DNA of 64,000 bases. Source: Actinomycetes bacterium (GTDB lineage: Bacteria; Actinomycetota; Thermoleophilia; BMS3ABIN01). The notes under the pieces are model-generated. The model was given only the letters and a program-made list of their open reading frames with translations, was not told where the DNA came from and made no database searches. Shown piece by piece: positions 55,997 through 64,000 of the stretch. The stretch spans positions 999-64,998 of the forward strand of contig JAJYOG010000008.1 in assembly GCA_021785935.1 (NCBI GenBank), written 5' to 3'. The position numbers and the translations under genes were made by a program. Position 1 is the first letter of the stretch; every line of letters starts with the position of its first letter.

Positions 55997-58350
55997 AAGA
56001 AAGAATGGATACATTACCGCCGCTTAGAGGCGCCAGGGGTTCCCTGGTCAATCTCACCATCAACGGCCAGCAGGTCCAGGCCCGTGAAGGTGACACCATC
56101 CTCGAAACAGCGAAATCGGTCAAGATCAAGATTCCGTACCTGTGCATAGTCAAGGGGCTTGAGCCCCACGGCGGCTGCCGGCTCTGCATCGTTGAGGTCG
56201 AAGGCGAGGACCGGCCGGTTCCTTCCTGCGCTACTTACGTCAAGGAAGGCATGAACGTCACAACCGAATCGGAGCAGCTGACCCGGCTGCGCAAGACCTA
56301 CCTCGAGCTGCTGCTTTCTGACCACAATGCCTATTGCCTGCCTCCCTGCAAGTATGGTTGCCCCACCCAGGTGGACGCGCCTGGCTTTCTCGGCCTGATT
56401 ACCGAGGGCGATTACGATGAGGCGCAACGGGTGCTGAAGCATAATCTGCCATTTCCCGCGGTTGTGGGGCGCATCTGCCCCCACCCCTGTGAATCACAAT
56501 GCCGGCGCAGTGAAGTTGAGGAGCCAATCTCCATTCGCGTTTCCCACCGTTTCGTGGGTGACATCGCCATTGAAAAAGGCTTCCGTCCCGAAGAACCGGA
56601 GCCGGCCAGCGGCAAGAAGGTGGCCGTCATCGGCGCCGGGCCGGCCGGCTTGGCCAACGCCTATTATCTGGCGCTCAAGGGGCACGCGGTCACCATATTT
56701 GAAGCGCTGCCGCATCCCGGCGGCATGTTGCGCTACGGCATACCTGAATACCGGCTGCCCAAGCGCGTGCTCGACGCCGAGCTGGAACCGCTCTGGGACA
56801 TGGGCGTAGAGCTGAAGACAAACCAGAAGCTCGGTCCTGATTTCAGCCTGAACAGCCTGCTTGATGAGCAGGGATTCGACGCCGTCTACCTGGGAATCGG
56901 CGCCCACCAGAGCATGGACATGCGGGTCGAGGGCGAGAATACCCCAGGAGTAATTACCGTCGTCGATTTCCTGCGCGAAGTGGCCCTGGGCAATCCTCCT
57001 GACATCCATGAGAAGGTCGCGGTCATCGGCGGCGGTTTCTCGGCCATGGACGCGGCCAGGGTGTCGGTGCGCCAGGGAGCCAAAGAGGTAACCGTTATCT
57101 ATCGCCGCACCGAGAAGGAGATGCCCGCCCACGAGATCGAGGTGCGCGACGCCCGCGAGGAGGGCGTGAACTTTGTCTTCCTGGCGGCTCCGGTGAAGGT
57201 CGAGGAGGAGAACGGCCGCGTCAAGGGCATCGTCCTGCAGAAGATGGAGCTGGGAGAGCCGGACGCCAGCGGGCGCCGTCGCCCGGAACCCGTGGCCGGG
57301 TCCGAATACCTGATGGAACTCGACACAATTATCCCCGCCATCGGTCAAAGGCCAAAGCTGACTTATACGGAAAGCGAGGGCGGCGAAGAATGCAACTTCG
57401 TGGAAGACGGCACCGGGGTCACCTGCAGCCGCTGGCAGACCGTTGAAGTAAATCCCAAGACTTTTCAGACCGGGAAGCCGGAAGTTTTCTCCGGTGGCGA
57501 TGCTGTTACCGGCGCCGCCACGGTGGTACAGGCCATCGGCGCCGGCAAGAAGGCTGCCTGGGCAATGGATGCCTTCCTGCGGGGAGAAGATCTGGCGGCA
57601 TATGAAGCCGGCCTTCCTGAAATGGAGAAACCGCCAATGATCGCCATCCCCGCATGGCGCCCTGAAAAACTTGAGCGCCAACAGACCGGAAACGTCGCCG
57701 CCGCCGAGCGCAAGGACAATTTCCGCGAGGTCGAGCAAGGCTTCCCGGAACAGGCGGCCAAAGCCGAGGCCAACCGATGCCTGCAATGCATCTGTGAAGG
57801 CGTCGAGAGTTGCAAACTCAGGCGCTACAGCATCAATCACGGGCTGATGAAAGAGGATGGCAACCGCTTCCAGGGCGAACAGCATATTTACGGGAGAGAC
57901 ACCACGCACCCCTTCGTGCAGAGGGATCCCAACCGCTGCATCGATTGCGCCCGCTGCGTGCGGGTCTGCAAATATATAACCGGCTCCGGCGTCTACGAGC
58001 TTGCCAACCGCGGCGCCGATACCATCGCCACGCCGGCGTTCGACCGCTCACTCAATGAAACTGACTGTGTTTCCTGCGGCCGCTGCGCCAACATCTGCCC
58101 CACGGGCGCTCTTTTCCTGCGCGAGCGGGAGCTGACCGACTGGCATCTGGACACCTCGCGCTGCATCTTTTGCGCCGATTGCGTCGAGGTCTGCCCGCAG
58201 GAAGCGCTGGCGACGACGCCGGCGTTCGAGCTGGCGTCCTTCGAGCACTCGGACCTGCGCTGCCACTTGCTGGAGCGCGCCAGGGGAGCCGACCTAAACC
58301 CGGGCGGCTGGGGCGAGAAAGACCGTCCCAAGAAGGGAGGCGACAGCTGA
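55993..58350 (+). CDS. Fusion: 2Fe-2S (NuoG N-term-like) + GltD-like NAD(P)H/FAD oxidoreductase + 8-Cys ferredoxin + NuoI C-terminal half
   Basis: ATGA coupling to the previous ORF. Contains CIVKG...GGCRLCIVEV...PSC, GKKVAVIGAGPAGL, RCIDCARCVRVC plus CVSCGRCANICPTGAL, then an orphan RCIFCADCVEVCPQEALATTPAFELASFEHSDL, which is the NuoI C-terminal signature. Confidence 0.8.
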   Translation: MKERMDTLPPLRGARGSLVNLTINGQQVQAREGDTILETAKSVKIKIPYLCIVKGLEPHGGCRLCIVEVEGEDRPVPSCATYVKEGMNVTTESEQLTRLRKTYLELLLSDHNAYCLPPCKYGCPTQVDAPGFLGLITEGDYDEAQRVLKHNLPFPAVVGRICPHPCESQCRRSEVEEPISIRVSHRFVGDIAIEKGFRPEEPEPASGKKVAVIGAGPAGLANAYYLALKGHAVTIFEALPHPGGMLRYGIPEYRLPKRVLDAELEPLWDMGVELKTNQKLGPDFSLNSLLDEQGFDAVYLGIGAHQSMDMRVEGENTPGVITVVDFLREVALGNPPDIHEKVAVIGGGFSAMDAARVSVRQGAKEVTVIYRRTEKEMPAHEIEVRDAREEGVNFVFLAAPVKVEEENGRVKGIVLQKMELGEPDASGRRRPEPVAGSEYLMELDTIIPAIGQRPKLTYTESEGGEECNFVEDGTGVTCSRWQTVEVNPKTFQTGKPEVFSGGDAVTGAATVVQAIGAGKKAAWAMDAFLRGEDLAAYEAGLPEMEKPPMIAIPAWRPEKLERQQTGNVAAAERKDNFREVEQGFPEQAAKAEANRCLQCICEGVESCKLRRYSINHGLMKEDGNRFQGEQHIYGRDTTHPFVQRDPNRCIDCARCVRVCKYITGSGVYELANRGADTIATPAFDRSLNETDCVSCGRCANICPTGALFLRERELTDWHLDTSRCIFCADCVEVCPQEALATTPAFELASFEHSDLRCHLLERARGADLNPGGWGEKDRPKKGGDS

Positions 58351-58847
58351 TGGGTGATTTCAACCAGTTCTTTTTCATCCTGCTATCCGTCGTCATCCTG
58401 GTTTCTGCCGCCTGCGTGGTCCTGTTCAAGAACCTGATCTACAGCGCCCTGTCGATGATCGGCAGTTTTCTCGGCGTGGCGGGCATCTATATCCTGCTGC
58501 ACGCCGAGCTGGTTGCCGCCGCACAGGTGCTCATCTATGTCGGCGCTATTTCAGTGCTGGTAATTTTCGCCATCATGCTCACTCATCACCGCACCGGCGA
58601 TCTGAGTCTTTACTTCCATAAACAGGCCTGGATCGCCCTGCCTGTATGTGCCGTAGCCGGAATTACCCTGATGGTCATCATGGGCTCCGCCGCCTACAAC
58701 GCCGTCGGCGAGGCCCAAAACCCGACCGACGAAAATATCGCTTCACTGCTGTTTAACGAATACGCTTTCCCCTTCGAGCTGGTATCGCTGGCTCTGCTGG
58801 TCGCCATGATCGGCGCTGTCATCCTCGCCAAGAAGGAGAAAAGCTGA
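58350..58847 (+). CDS. nuoJ: NADH-quinone oxidoreductase subunit J
   Basis: The start is set at MGDFNQFFF (ATG overlaps the upstream TGA). Contains [39 protein letters not shown]. Confidence 0.88.
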   Translation: MGDFNQFFFILLSVVILVSAACVVLFKNLIYSALSMIGSFLGVAGIYILLHAELVAAAQVLIYVGAISVLVIFAIMLTHHRTGDLSLYFHKQAWIALPVCAVAGITLMVIMGSAAYNAVGEAQNPTDENIASLLFNEYAFPFELVSLALLVAMIGAVILAKKEKS

Positions 58848-59155
58848 TGACGCCGCTGCAGGAATATCTGGCTCTTTCAATGGCGCTCTTTTTCATCGGC
58901 ACCTGGGGCGTGGTGGCGCGCCGCAATATTATTCTGGTGGTAATGTGCATCGAACTGATGCTCAACGCCATCAACATCGCTCTGGTGGCATTTTCAAATT
59001 ATTCCCCGATCGGCGGCGGCCGCGGCGAGGTCTTTGTTTTCTTCGTCTTTGCCCTGGCGGCGGCGGAAGCAGCCATCGGCCTGGCGATAGCGATTGCCAT
59101 GTACAGGCTCAAAGAGAAACTTTCGGTTGACGACCTTGACGAGATGAAGGGATAG
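58847..59155 (+). CDS. nuoK: NADH-quinone oxidoreductase subunit K
   Basis: Contains N.I..LM.IELMLNA.N...V.F, and [11 protein letters not shown]. Confidence 0.92.
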   Translation: MTPLQEYLALSMALFFIGTWGVVARRNIILVVMCIELMLNAINIALVAFSNYSPIGGGRGEVFVFFVFALAAAEAAIGLAIAIAMYRLKEKLSVDDLDEMKG

Positions 59156-59167
59156 ATGGGTAGTTAA

Positions 59168-61054
59168 ATGATGAAGACTGCCGTCCTGCTCATACCACTG
59201 CTGCCGCTGGCCTCATTTATTATCACGGGGCTGTTCGGCAAACGGTATTTCAAAGAGAAGAGCCAATATCTTTCCGTGGCGGCGGTCGCGGTTTCCTGGC
59301 TGCTTTCCATCTATCTGATCATCCAGGTCGAGCGCGGCGAGGAGTTGAGCTGGCAGGTCTATTCCTGGATCGCGGCGGGCAAATTCAAAGTCGACATCGG
59401 CTTCCTGGTGGACCAGCTGACAGCGGTTATGCTGCTGGTGGTTTCCACCGTCGGTTTCATGGTGCATGTCTATTCGATCGGCTACATGAAGGGCGACGGC
59501 GGCTACTACCGCTTCTTCGCCTACCTCAACCTGTTCATGTTCTCGATGTTCATGCTCATCCTGGGCAATAACTTCCTCATGCTCTATGTCTTCTGGGAAG
59601 CTGTGGGACTTTGCTCCTATCTGCTCATATCATTCTGGTATACCAAACAAAGCGCCGCCAACGCCGGCACCAAGGCCTTCCTGGTCAACCGCGTCGGCGA
59701 CTTCGGTTTCGGCCTGGGGATCATGCTCATTTTCGTCACCCTGGGAACGCTGAGCTACAGCGGCGTTTTTGAAAACGCCGGACGCATCGGCTCCGGCACC
59801 ATCACCGCCATCTGTCTGCTGCTGTTCATGGGCGCCATGGGCAAGAGCGCCCAGTTCCCGCTGCATGTCTGGCTGCCGGACGCCATGGAGGGCCCGACAC
59901 CGGTCAGCTCGCTGATCCACGCCGCCACTATGGTCAATGCCGGTGTCTATATGGTGGCGCGCTCCAGCCCCCTGTTCCATCAGTCACATACCGCCATGTT
60001 CGTAGTAGCGTTGGTGGGAACCTTTACCGCGATCTTCGCCGCTTCGATCGGCCTGGTTCAGAACGACATCAAGAAGGTGCTGGCGTATTCCACTGTCAGC
60101 CAGCTGGGCTACATGTTTGCTGCTCTCGGCGTCGGCGCCTGGGCCGCGGGTATGTTCCACCTGGTCGCCCATGGTTTCTTCAAGGGGCTTTTATTCCTCT
60201 GTTCCGGCTCGGTAATTCACGCCGTTTCGGGAGAGCAGGACATGCGCAAGATGGGCGGGTTGAAGAACAAGATCAAGATTACCTACTGGACCTTTGTTAT
60301 CGGAGCGCTGGCGATCTCAGGCTTTCCGGGACTCGCCGGTTTCTGGAGCAAGGACAGCGTTCTCGCCGGAGCTTTTAACGGCGGTTACTGGTACTTCTGG
60401 CTGGTTGGCCTGATCGCGGCCTTCATGACCGCCTTTTACATGTTCAGGCTGATCTTCATGACCTTCCACGGCAAGCCCCGTGACGTAGAACTGTACTCAC
60501 ACGCGCATGAGTCGCCGCGGAGCATGACCATACCGCTGATCGTTCTGGCGATTCCATCGGTTTTGATCGGCCTGGTGCTGGGACTGCCGCCGGAGGACGG
60601 CCATATCGACCGTTTCCTGGAGCCGGTTTTTGAAGCCGTCAAGGGCGAGGCTCATCATTTCGGCGCTCTCGACGTGGGGCTGATGGCGCTGTCGGCGGGG
60701 ATCGGCCTGGCCGGCATCTTCCTGGCCTGGGTTTTCTATATCAAGCGTCCCGAACTTCCAGAGAAGGCCGGAGCCCATGTCGGTGTTCTCTATAAAGCAG
60801 CGCTCAACAAATACTGGATCGATGAGATTTACTTCGCACTCTTCATTAACCCGGTCCGCGCCTTGGGCCGCGGGCTCTGGCGGTGGGTGGACGTTGGTAT
60901 TATTGATGGCTTTGTCAACGGCTCCGCCAGGTTCTTCCGCGGCGTGGGCATGGTGCTGAGGCCGGCACAGTCGGGCAAGATCCAGGCTTATATGTTCAGT
61001 ATGCTGCTGGGCCTCCTGGCTCTCCTGCTCGTTTATCTGGCGTTAACGATCTGA
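59168..61054 (+). CDS. nuoL: NADH-quinone oxidoreductase subunit L
   Basis: Contains FWE.VGLCSYLLI.FW, KSAQFPLH.WLPDAMEGPTPVS.LIHAATMV.AGV, and a long C-terminal lateral helix region. Confidence 0.92.
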   Translation: MMKTAVLLIPLLPLASFIITGLFGKRYFKEKSQYLSVAAVAVSWLLSIYLIIQVERGEELSWQVYSWIAAGKFKVDIGFLVDQLTAVMLLVVSTVGFMVHVYSIGYMKGDGGYYRFFAYLNLFMFSMFMLILGNNFLMLYVFWEAVGLCSYLLISFWYTKQSAANAGTKAFLVNRVGDFGFGLGIMLIFVTLGTLSYSGVFENAGRIGSGTITAICLLLFMGAMGKSAQFPLHVWLPDAMEGPTPVSSLIHAATMVNAGVYMVARSSPLFHQSHTAMFVVALVGTFTAIFAASIGLVQNDIKKVLAYSTVSQLGYMFAALGVGAWAAGMFHLVAHGFFKGLLFLCSGSVIHAVSGEQDMRKMGGLKNKIKITYWTFVIGALAISGFPGLAGFWSKDSVLAGAFNGGYWYFWLVGLIAAFMTAFYMFRLIFMTFHGKPRDVELYSHAHESPRSMTIPLIVLAIPSVLIGLVLGLPPEDGHIDRFLEPVFEAVKGEAHHFGALDVGLMALSAGIGLAGIFLAWVFYIKRPELPEKAGAHVGVLYKAALNKYWIDEIYFALFINPVRALGRGLWRWVDVGIIDGFVNGSARFFRGVGMVLRPAQSGKIQAYMFSMLLGLLALLLVYLALTI

Positions 61055-61058
61055 GGCT

Positions 61059-62621
61059 ATGTACGAATTTCAGGAACAGATAGGATTTCCCATACTGACG
61101 GTGATTACTTTCCTGCCGGCGCTTGGCGGCCTGGCGGTTCTGTTTGCCCGTGGCAAACCCAATGTCTACAAGGGCATAACCCTGGCGGTTACGGGCGTGA
61201 ACTTCCTGCTCTCGCTCGTGTTGATTCAGTATTTCGACCGCTATACCGCGACCATGCAGTTCGTGGAAAAGGTGCCGTGGATCAGCAGCCTCGGCATCAG
61301 TTACCACATGGCGGTCGATGGCATCAGCGTGCTGCTGATCATGCTGACTACGCTCTTGTCGCTGATCATCGTTCCGGCATCCTGGAATTACATCAAGGAC
61401 CGCGAGCTGCAGTTCTTTGCCGCCTTCCTCTTCCTGGAAACGGGGCTCATCGGCGTCTTTTGCGCCCGCGACCTTTTCATGTTCTATGTCTTCTGGGAAG
61501 TCATGCTCATCCCCATGTATTTCATCATCGGAGTCTGGGGCGGGCCGCGCCGTATCTACGCCGCCATAAAATTCTTCCTGTTTACTTTTGCCGGCAGCCT
61601 GCTGATGCTGATCGCCATCGTCGCCATCGCCTATCTGGCGCGCTCCAATCCTTTCGCGACACCGGTATTCGACATGGACCTCCTCGAAAATGCCACCTTC
61701 TCCTACCAGGTGCAGGTGCTCGCCTTCCTGGCGTTCTTCATTGCCTTTGCGGTGAAGGTGCCGATGTGGCCGTTGCATACCTGGCTTCCGGATGCTCATG
61801 TCGAGGCGCCCACCGCCGGTAGCGTCATCCTGGCGGGCGTAATGCTGAAAGTCGGCGGTTACGGAATGCTGCGCCTCTGCATCCCGCTCTTCCCCGATGC
61901 CGTGGTCGCCATCGCCCCCTATATCCTGGTGCTGTCGATCATTGCCATCGTCTACGGCGCCCTGGTGTCGCTGGTACAAAAAGATTTGAAGAAGCTGGTT
62001 GCCTACTCCAGCGTCAGTCACATGGGTTTTGTCACGGCCGGTATTTTCGCTCTAAACATAGTGGGCATCGAGGGCGGGATCATGGTCATGTTCAGTCACG
62101 GCCTCCTGACGGGCGCCCTTTTCCTCATGGTGGGTTTCCTTTATGAGCGGCTGCATACCCGTGAGATCTCTGAAATGGGCGGGTTGGCCGGACCGTTCCC
62201 GGTGATGGCGGCATTCTTCTCGTTTTTCGCGCTGGCGTCGCTGGGACTGCCTGGACTCTCGGGATTTGTCGGGGAATTCCTCAGCCTGGTCGGGCTGTTC
62301 ACCTACAGCAAGCCGATGGCGGCTGTCGCATCGATCGGCATTATCCTGGCGGCTGCCTATCTCCTTTGGATGTACCAGCGGGTGATGTTCACCGGGCTCC
62401 GCGATCAAAAGTGGTACAAGGTTCCTGATTATTCATTGCGGGAGATCGTTTCGCTGGCGCCTCTGGGGATCCTGGCGGTTTGGGCCGGGGTCTATCCCAA
62501 TACATTCCTGCAGCTGATCCAGCCGCCGGCCGCCAGGCTGACGGAAAAGATGGCGCCTTACATGGCCGAGAGCGGCAGCGTCGTCGAACGCATATTCGCA
62601 TCGTTGGGAGGACTCTTCTAG
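61059..62621 (+). CDS. nuoM: NADH-quinone oxidoreductase subunit M
   Basis: Contains FWE.MLIPMYF.IG.WGG, K.PMWP.HTWLPDAH.EAPTAGSV.LAG..LK.GGYG. Confidence 0.92.
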   Translation: MYEFQEQIGFPILTVITFLPALGGLAVLFARGKPNVYKGITLAVTGVNFLLSLVLIQYFDRYTATMQFVEKVPWISSLGISYHMAVDGISVLLIMLTTLLSLIIVPASWNYIKDRELQFFAAFLFLETGLIGVFCARDLFMFYVFWEVMLIPMYFIIGVWGGPRRIYAAIKFFLFTFAGSLLMLIAIVAIAYLARSNPFATPVFDMDLLENATFSYQVQVLAFLAFFIAFAVKVPMWPLHTWLPDAHVEAPTAGSVILAGVMLKVGGYGMLRLCIPLFPDAVVAIAPYILVLSIIAIVYGALVSLVQKDLKKLVAYSSVSHMGFVTAGIFALNIVGIEGGIMVMFSHGLLTGALFLMVGFLYERLHTREISEMGGLAGPFPVMAAFFSFFALASLGLPGLSGFVGEFLSLVGLFTYSKPMAAVASIGIILAAAYLLWMYQRVMFTGLRDQKWYKVPDYSLREIVSLAPLGILAVWAGVYPNTFLQLIQPPAARLTEKMAPYMAESGSVVERIFASLGGLF

Positions 62622-64000
62622 ATGAAACAGGACCTTCTCGCCATCATGCCAGAAATAATGTTGATCGCAACCGCGGTCGTGATTCTGCTGGTCGACCCCT
62701 TGCTGCCAGTCGACGGCCGCCGTGGACTCAGCTGGCTGGGCATCGCCGCCAGCGTCACAGCCGCGATCGCCACCTGGCAACTTAGGGATGAGGAATATTC
62801 CGTCTTCAGCCACAGCATCGCCGTCGACAAGTATTCCATTTTCTTCAAAATACTGTTGCTGGTTGTGGCGGCGCTGGCGATGCTGCTCTCCGAGAAATAT
62901 CTCTTTCTGAAGAAGCGGCTCCTGGGCGACTATTACGCCCTGATTCTTTTCGCGACGATCGGGATGATGGTGATGGCCGAGGCTGTCGATCTGATCACGT
63001 TCTTCGTCGGGCTCGAGCTGATGGCGCTCTGCTCCTACCTGCTGGCTGGTTTCTTCCGTTATCAGGAAAGGTCGGTCGAGGCGGGCATGAAATATTTCCT
63101 TACCGGGGCGTTTGCTTCAAACTTCCTTCTGTTCGGCATGGCGATCCTTTACGGACTGGCCGGATCCACCAATTATCAGGAGATCGGCGATGCCATCCGG
63201 CTCGGCCCGGTGCCGTCCGGGCCGCTGGTCATCGCCATCGTGCTGGTGTTGGCAGGCTTTGCCTTCAAAGTCGGCGCGGCGCCGTTCCACAATTGGGCGC
63301 CGGATGTATATCAGGGCGCGCCGACGCCGGCGGCTGCGTTTCTTGCGGTCGGCCCCAAAATTGCTGCCTTCGCCGCCATTTTAAAGTTCTTTACGATCAT
63401 GCTGGGAAGCCAGGAATCGACGTGGGTTCCCTTGATGATCGCGGTTGCGATTTTGACCATGATCGTGGGCGCCACTATGGCGCTGCTGCAGAAAGACCTC
63501 AAGCGGATGCTGGCTTTCTCGAGTATCGGCCACGTTGGTTACCTGCTGCTGGCGGTCATCGCCACCGGCAGTAGCGGGCGCAGCATCGGCATGTCGTCAG
63601 TCCTTTTCTATCTGGCTGCATATACCTTTATGAACATGGGCGCCTTCGGCGTTCTCGTTCACATGACTAATCATTCGAGCTTTGGCGACACCCTGGATGA
63701 TATCGCCGGGGCCGGTAAAAGCTTCCCGTGGGCGGCGGGCATCATGTCCCTGTTCATGCTTTCGCTAACCGGCGTGCCGCCGACCGCAGGTTTCCTTGCC
63801 AAGTTTTATCTGTTCTCGGCGGTTGTGGATGCCGGTTATGCCTGGCTTGCCGTTGTCGGAGCCCTCTTTAGCCTTGTCTCCGCCTTCTTCTATCTGCGCG
63901 TGATTGTCTATATGTACATGCGTTCACCGGAGCAAGAGCTGGAAATGTCGGAGGATGGCAAATCTTGGGATCTCGGTCTGGGATTGGGAATAGCCGCAAC
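62622..64000 (+). CDS. nuoN: NADH-quinone oxidoreductase subunit N (3' end beyond window)
   Basis: The frame is open from ATG 62622 to the window edge. Reads MKQDLLAIMPEIMLIATAVVILLVD...GLELMALCSYLL...FKVGAAPFHNWAPDVYQGAPTP...SSIGHVGY. It is not in the ORF track because no stop lies in the window. Confidence 0.88.
   Translation, partial: MKQDLLAIMPEIMLIATAVVILLVDPLLPVDGRRGLSWLGIAASVTAAIATWQLRDEEYSVFSHSIAVDKYSIFFKILLLVVAALAMLLSEKYLFLKKRLLGDYYALILFATIGMMVMAEAVDLITFFVGLELMALCSYLLAGFFRYQERSVEAGMKYFLTGAFASNFLLFGMAILYGLAGSTNYQEIGDAIRLGPVPSGPLVIAIVLVLAGFAFKVGAAPFHNWAPDVYQGAPTPAAAFLAVGPKIAAFAAILKFFTIMLGSQESTWVPLMIAVAILTMIVGATMALLQKDLKRMLAFSSIGHVGYLLLAVIATGSSGRSIGMSSVLFYLAAYTFMNMGAFGVLVHMTNHSSFGDTLDDIAGAGKSFPWAAGIMSLFMLSLTGVPPTAGFLAKFYLFSAVVDAGYAWLAVVGALFSLVSAFFYLRVIVYMYMRSPEQELEMSEDGKSWDLGLGLGIAA

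Overview
High-GC (~58-60%) bacterial chromosomal window from a selenocysteine-using, probably anaerobic organism. I cannot assign the lineage from the sequence alone.

Gene content, left to right:
- A partial MarC-type membrane gene and a secreted coiled-coil/3D-domain wall protein.
- A metal operon: ArsR/SmtB repressor, CDF exporter, and a PCYCGC-motif protein whose frame is interrupted by two in-frame TGA codons.
- ligA.
- A long minus-strand molybdo/tungstopterin block. It runs: Moco riboswitch, then mobA/B-moaA-moaC-MOSC-moaB, a structured leader, a 1371-codon selenocysteine formate dehydrogenase fused to a 2Fe-2S/GltD module, a MoeA-like gene, and an FmdE-like gene.
- A four-gene phosphorelay: HAMP kinase, CxxCH hybrid kinase, CheY, and an HD-GYP regulator.
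- A ~17 kb island with three TauE/SafE (DUF81) permease loci surrounded by eight USP or USP-like genes. Two of the loci are paralogous cassettes, each with its own histidine kinase, sigma54 activator and a near-perfect TGGCAC-N5-TTGC promoter.
- A CPA1 antiporter, a DUF1844 gene, a sugar dehydrogenase propeller, FKBP, MTAP, VapBC, a PfkB kinase, an ABC-2 exporter, and NfeD-SPFH-CPBP.
- A complex I operon, nuoABCDH-[X]-[Y]-JKLMN.

Most unusual observations:
1. nuoI is split. Its N-terminal ferredoxin half is fused to a NuoE-remnant/NuoF protein. Its C-terminal half ends a 2Fe-2S/GltD/ferredoxin protein. There are no free-standing nuoE, nuoF, nuoG or nuoI genes.
2. The PCYCGC protein is a candidate UxxU double-selenocysteine protein, with a hairpin just downstream of the TGAs.
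3. A 25-bp-arm palindromic repeat family sits in front of ligA, the fdh leader and the ABC operon.
4. Short tandem duplications recur exactly at gene boundaries. One creates two 7-codon uORFs ahead of a kinase gene.

No rRNA, tRNA, CRISPR array, transposase or integrase was seen.
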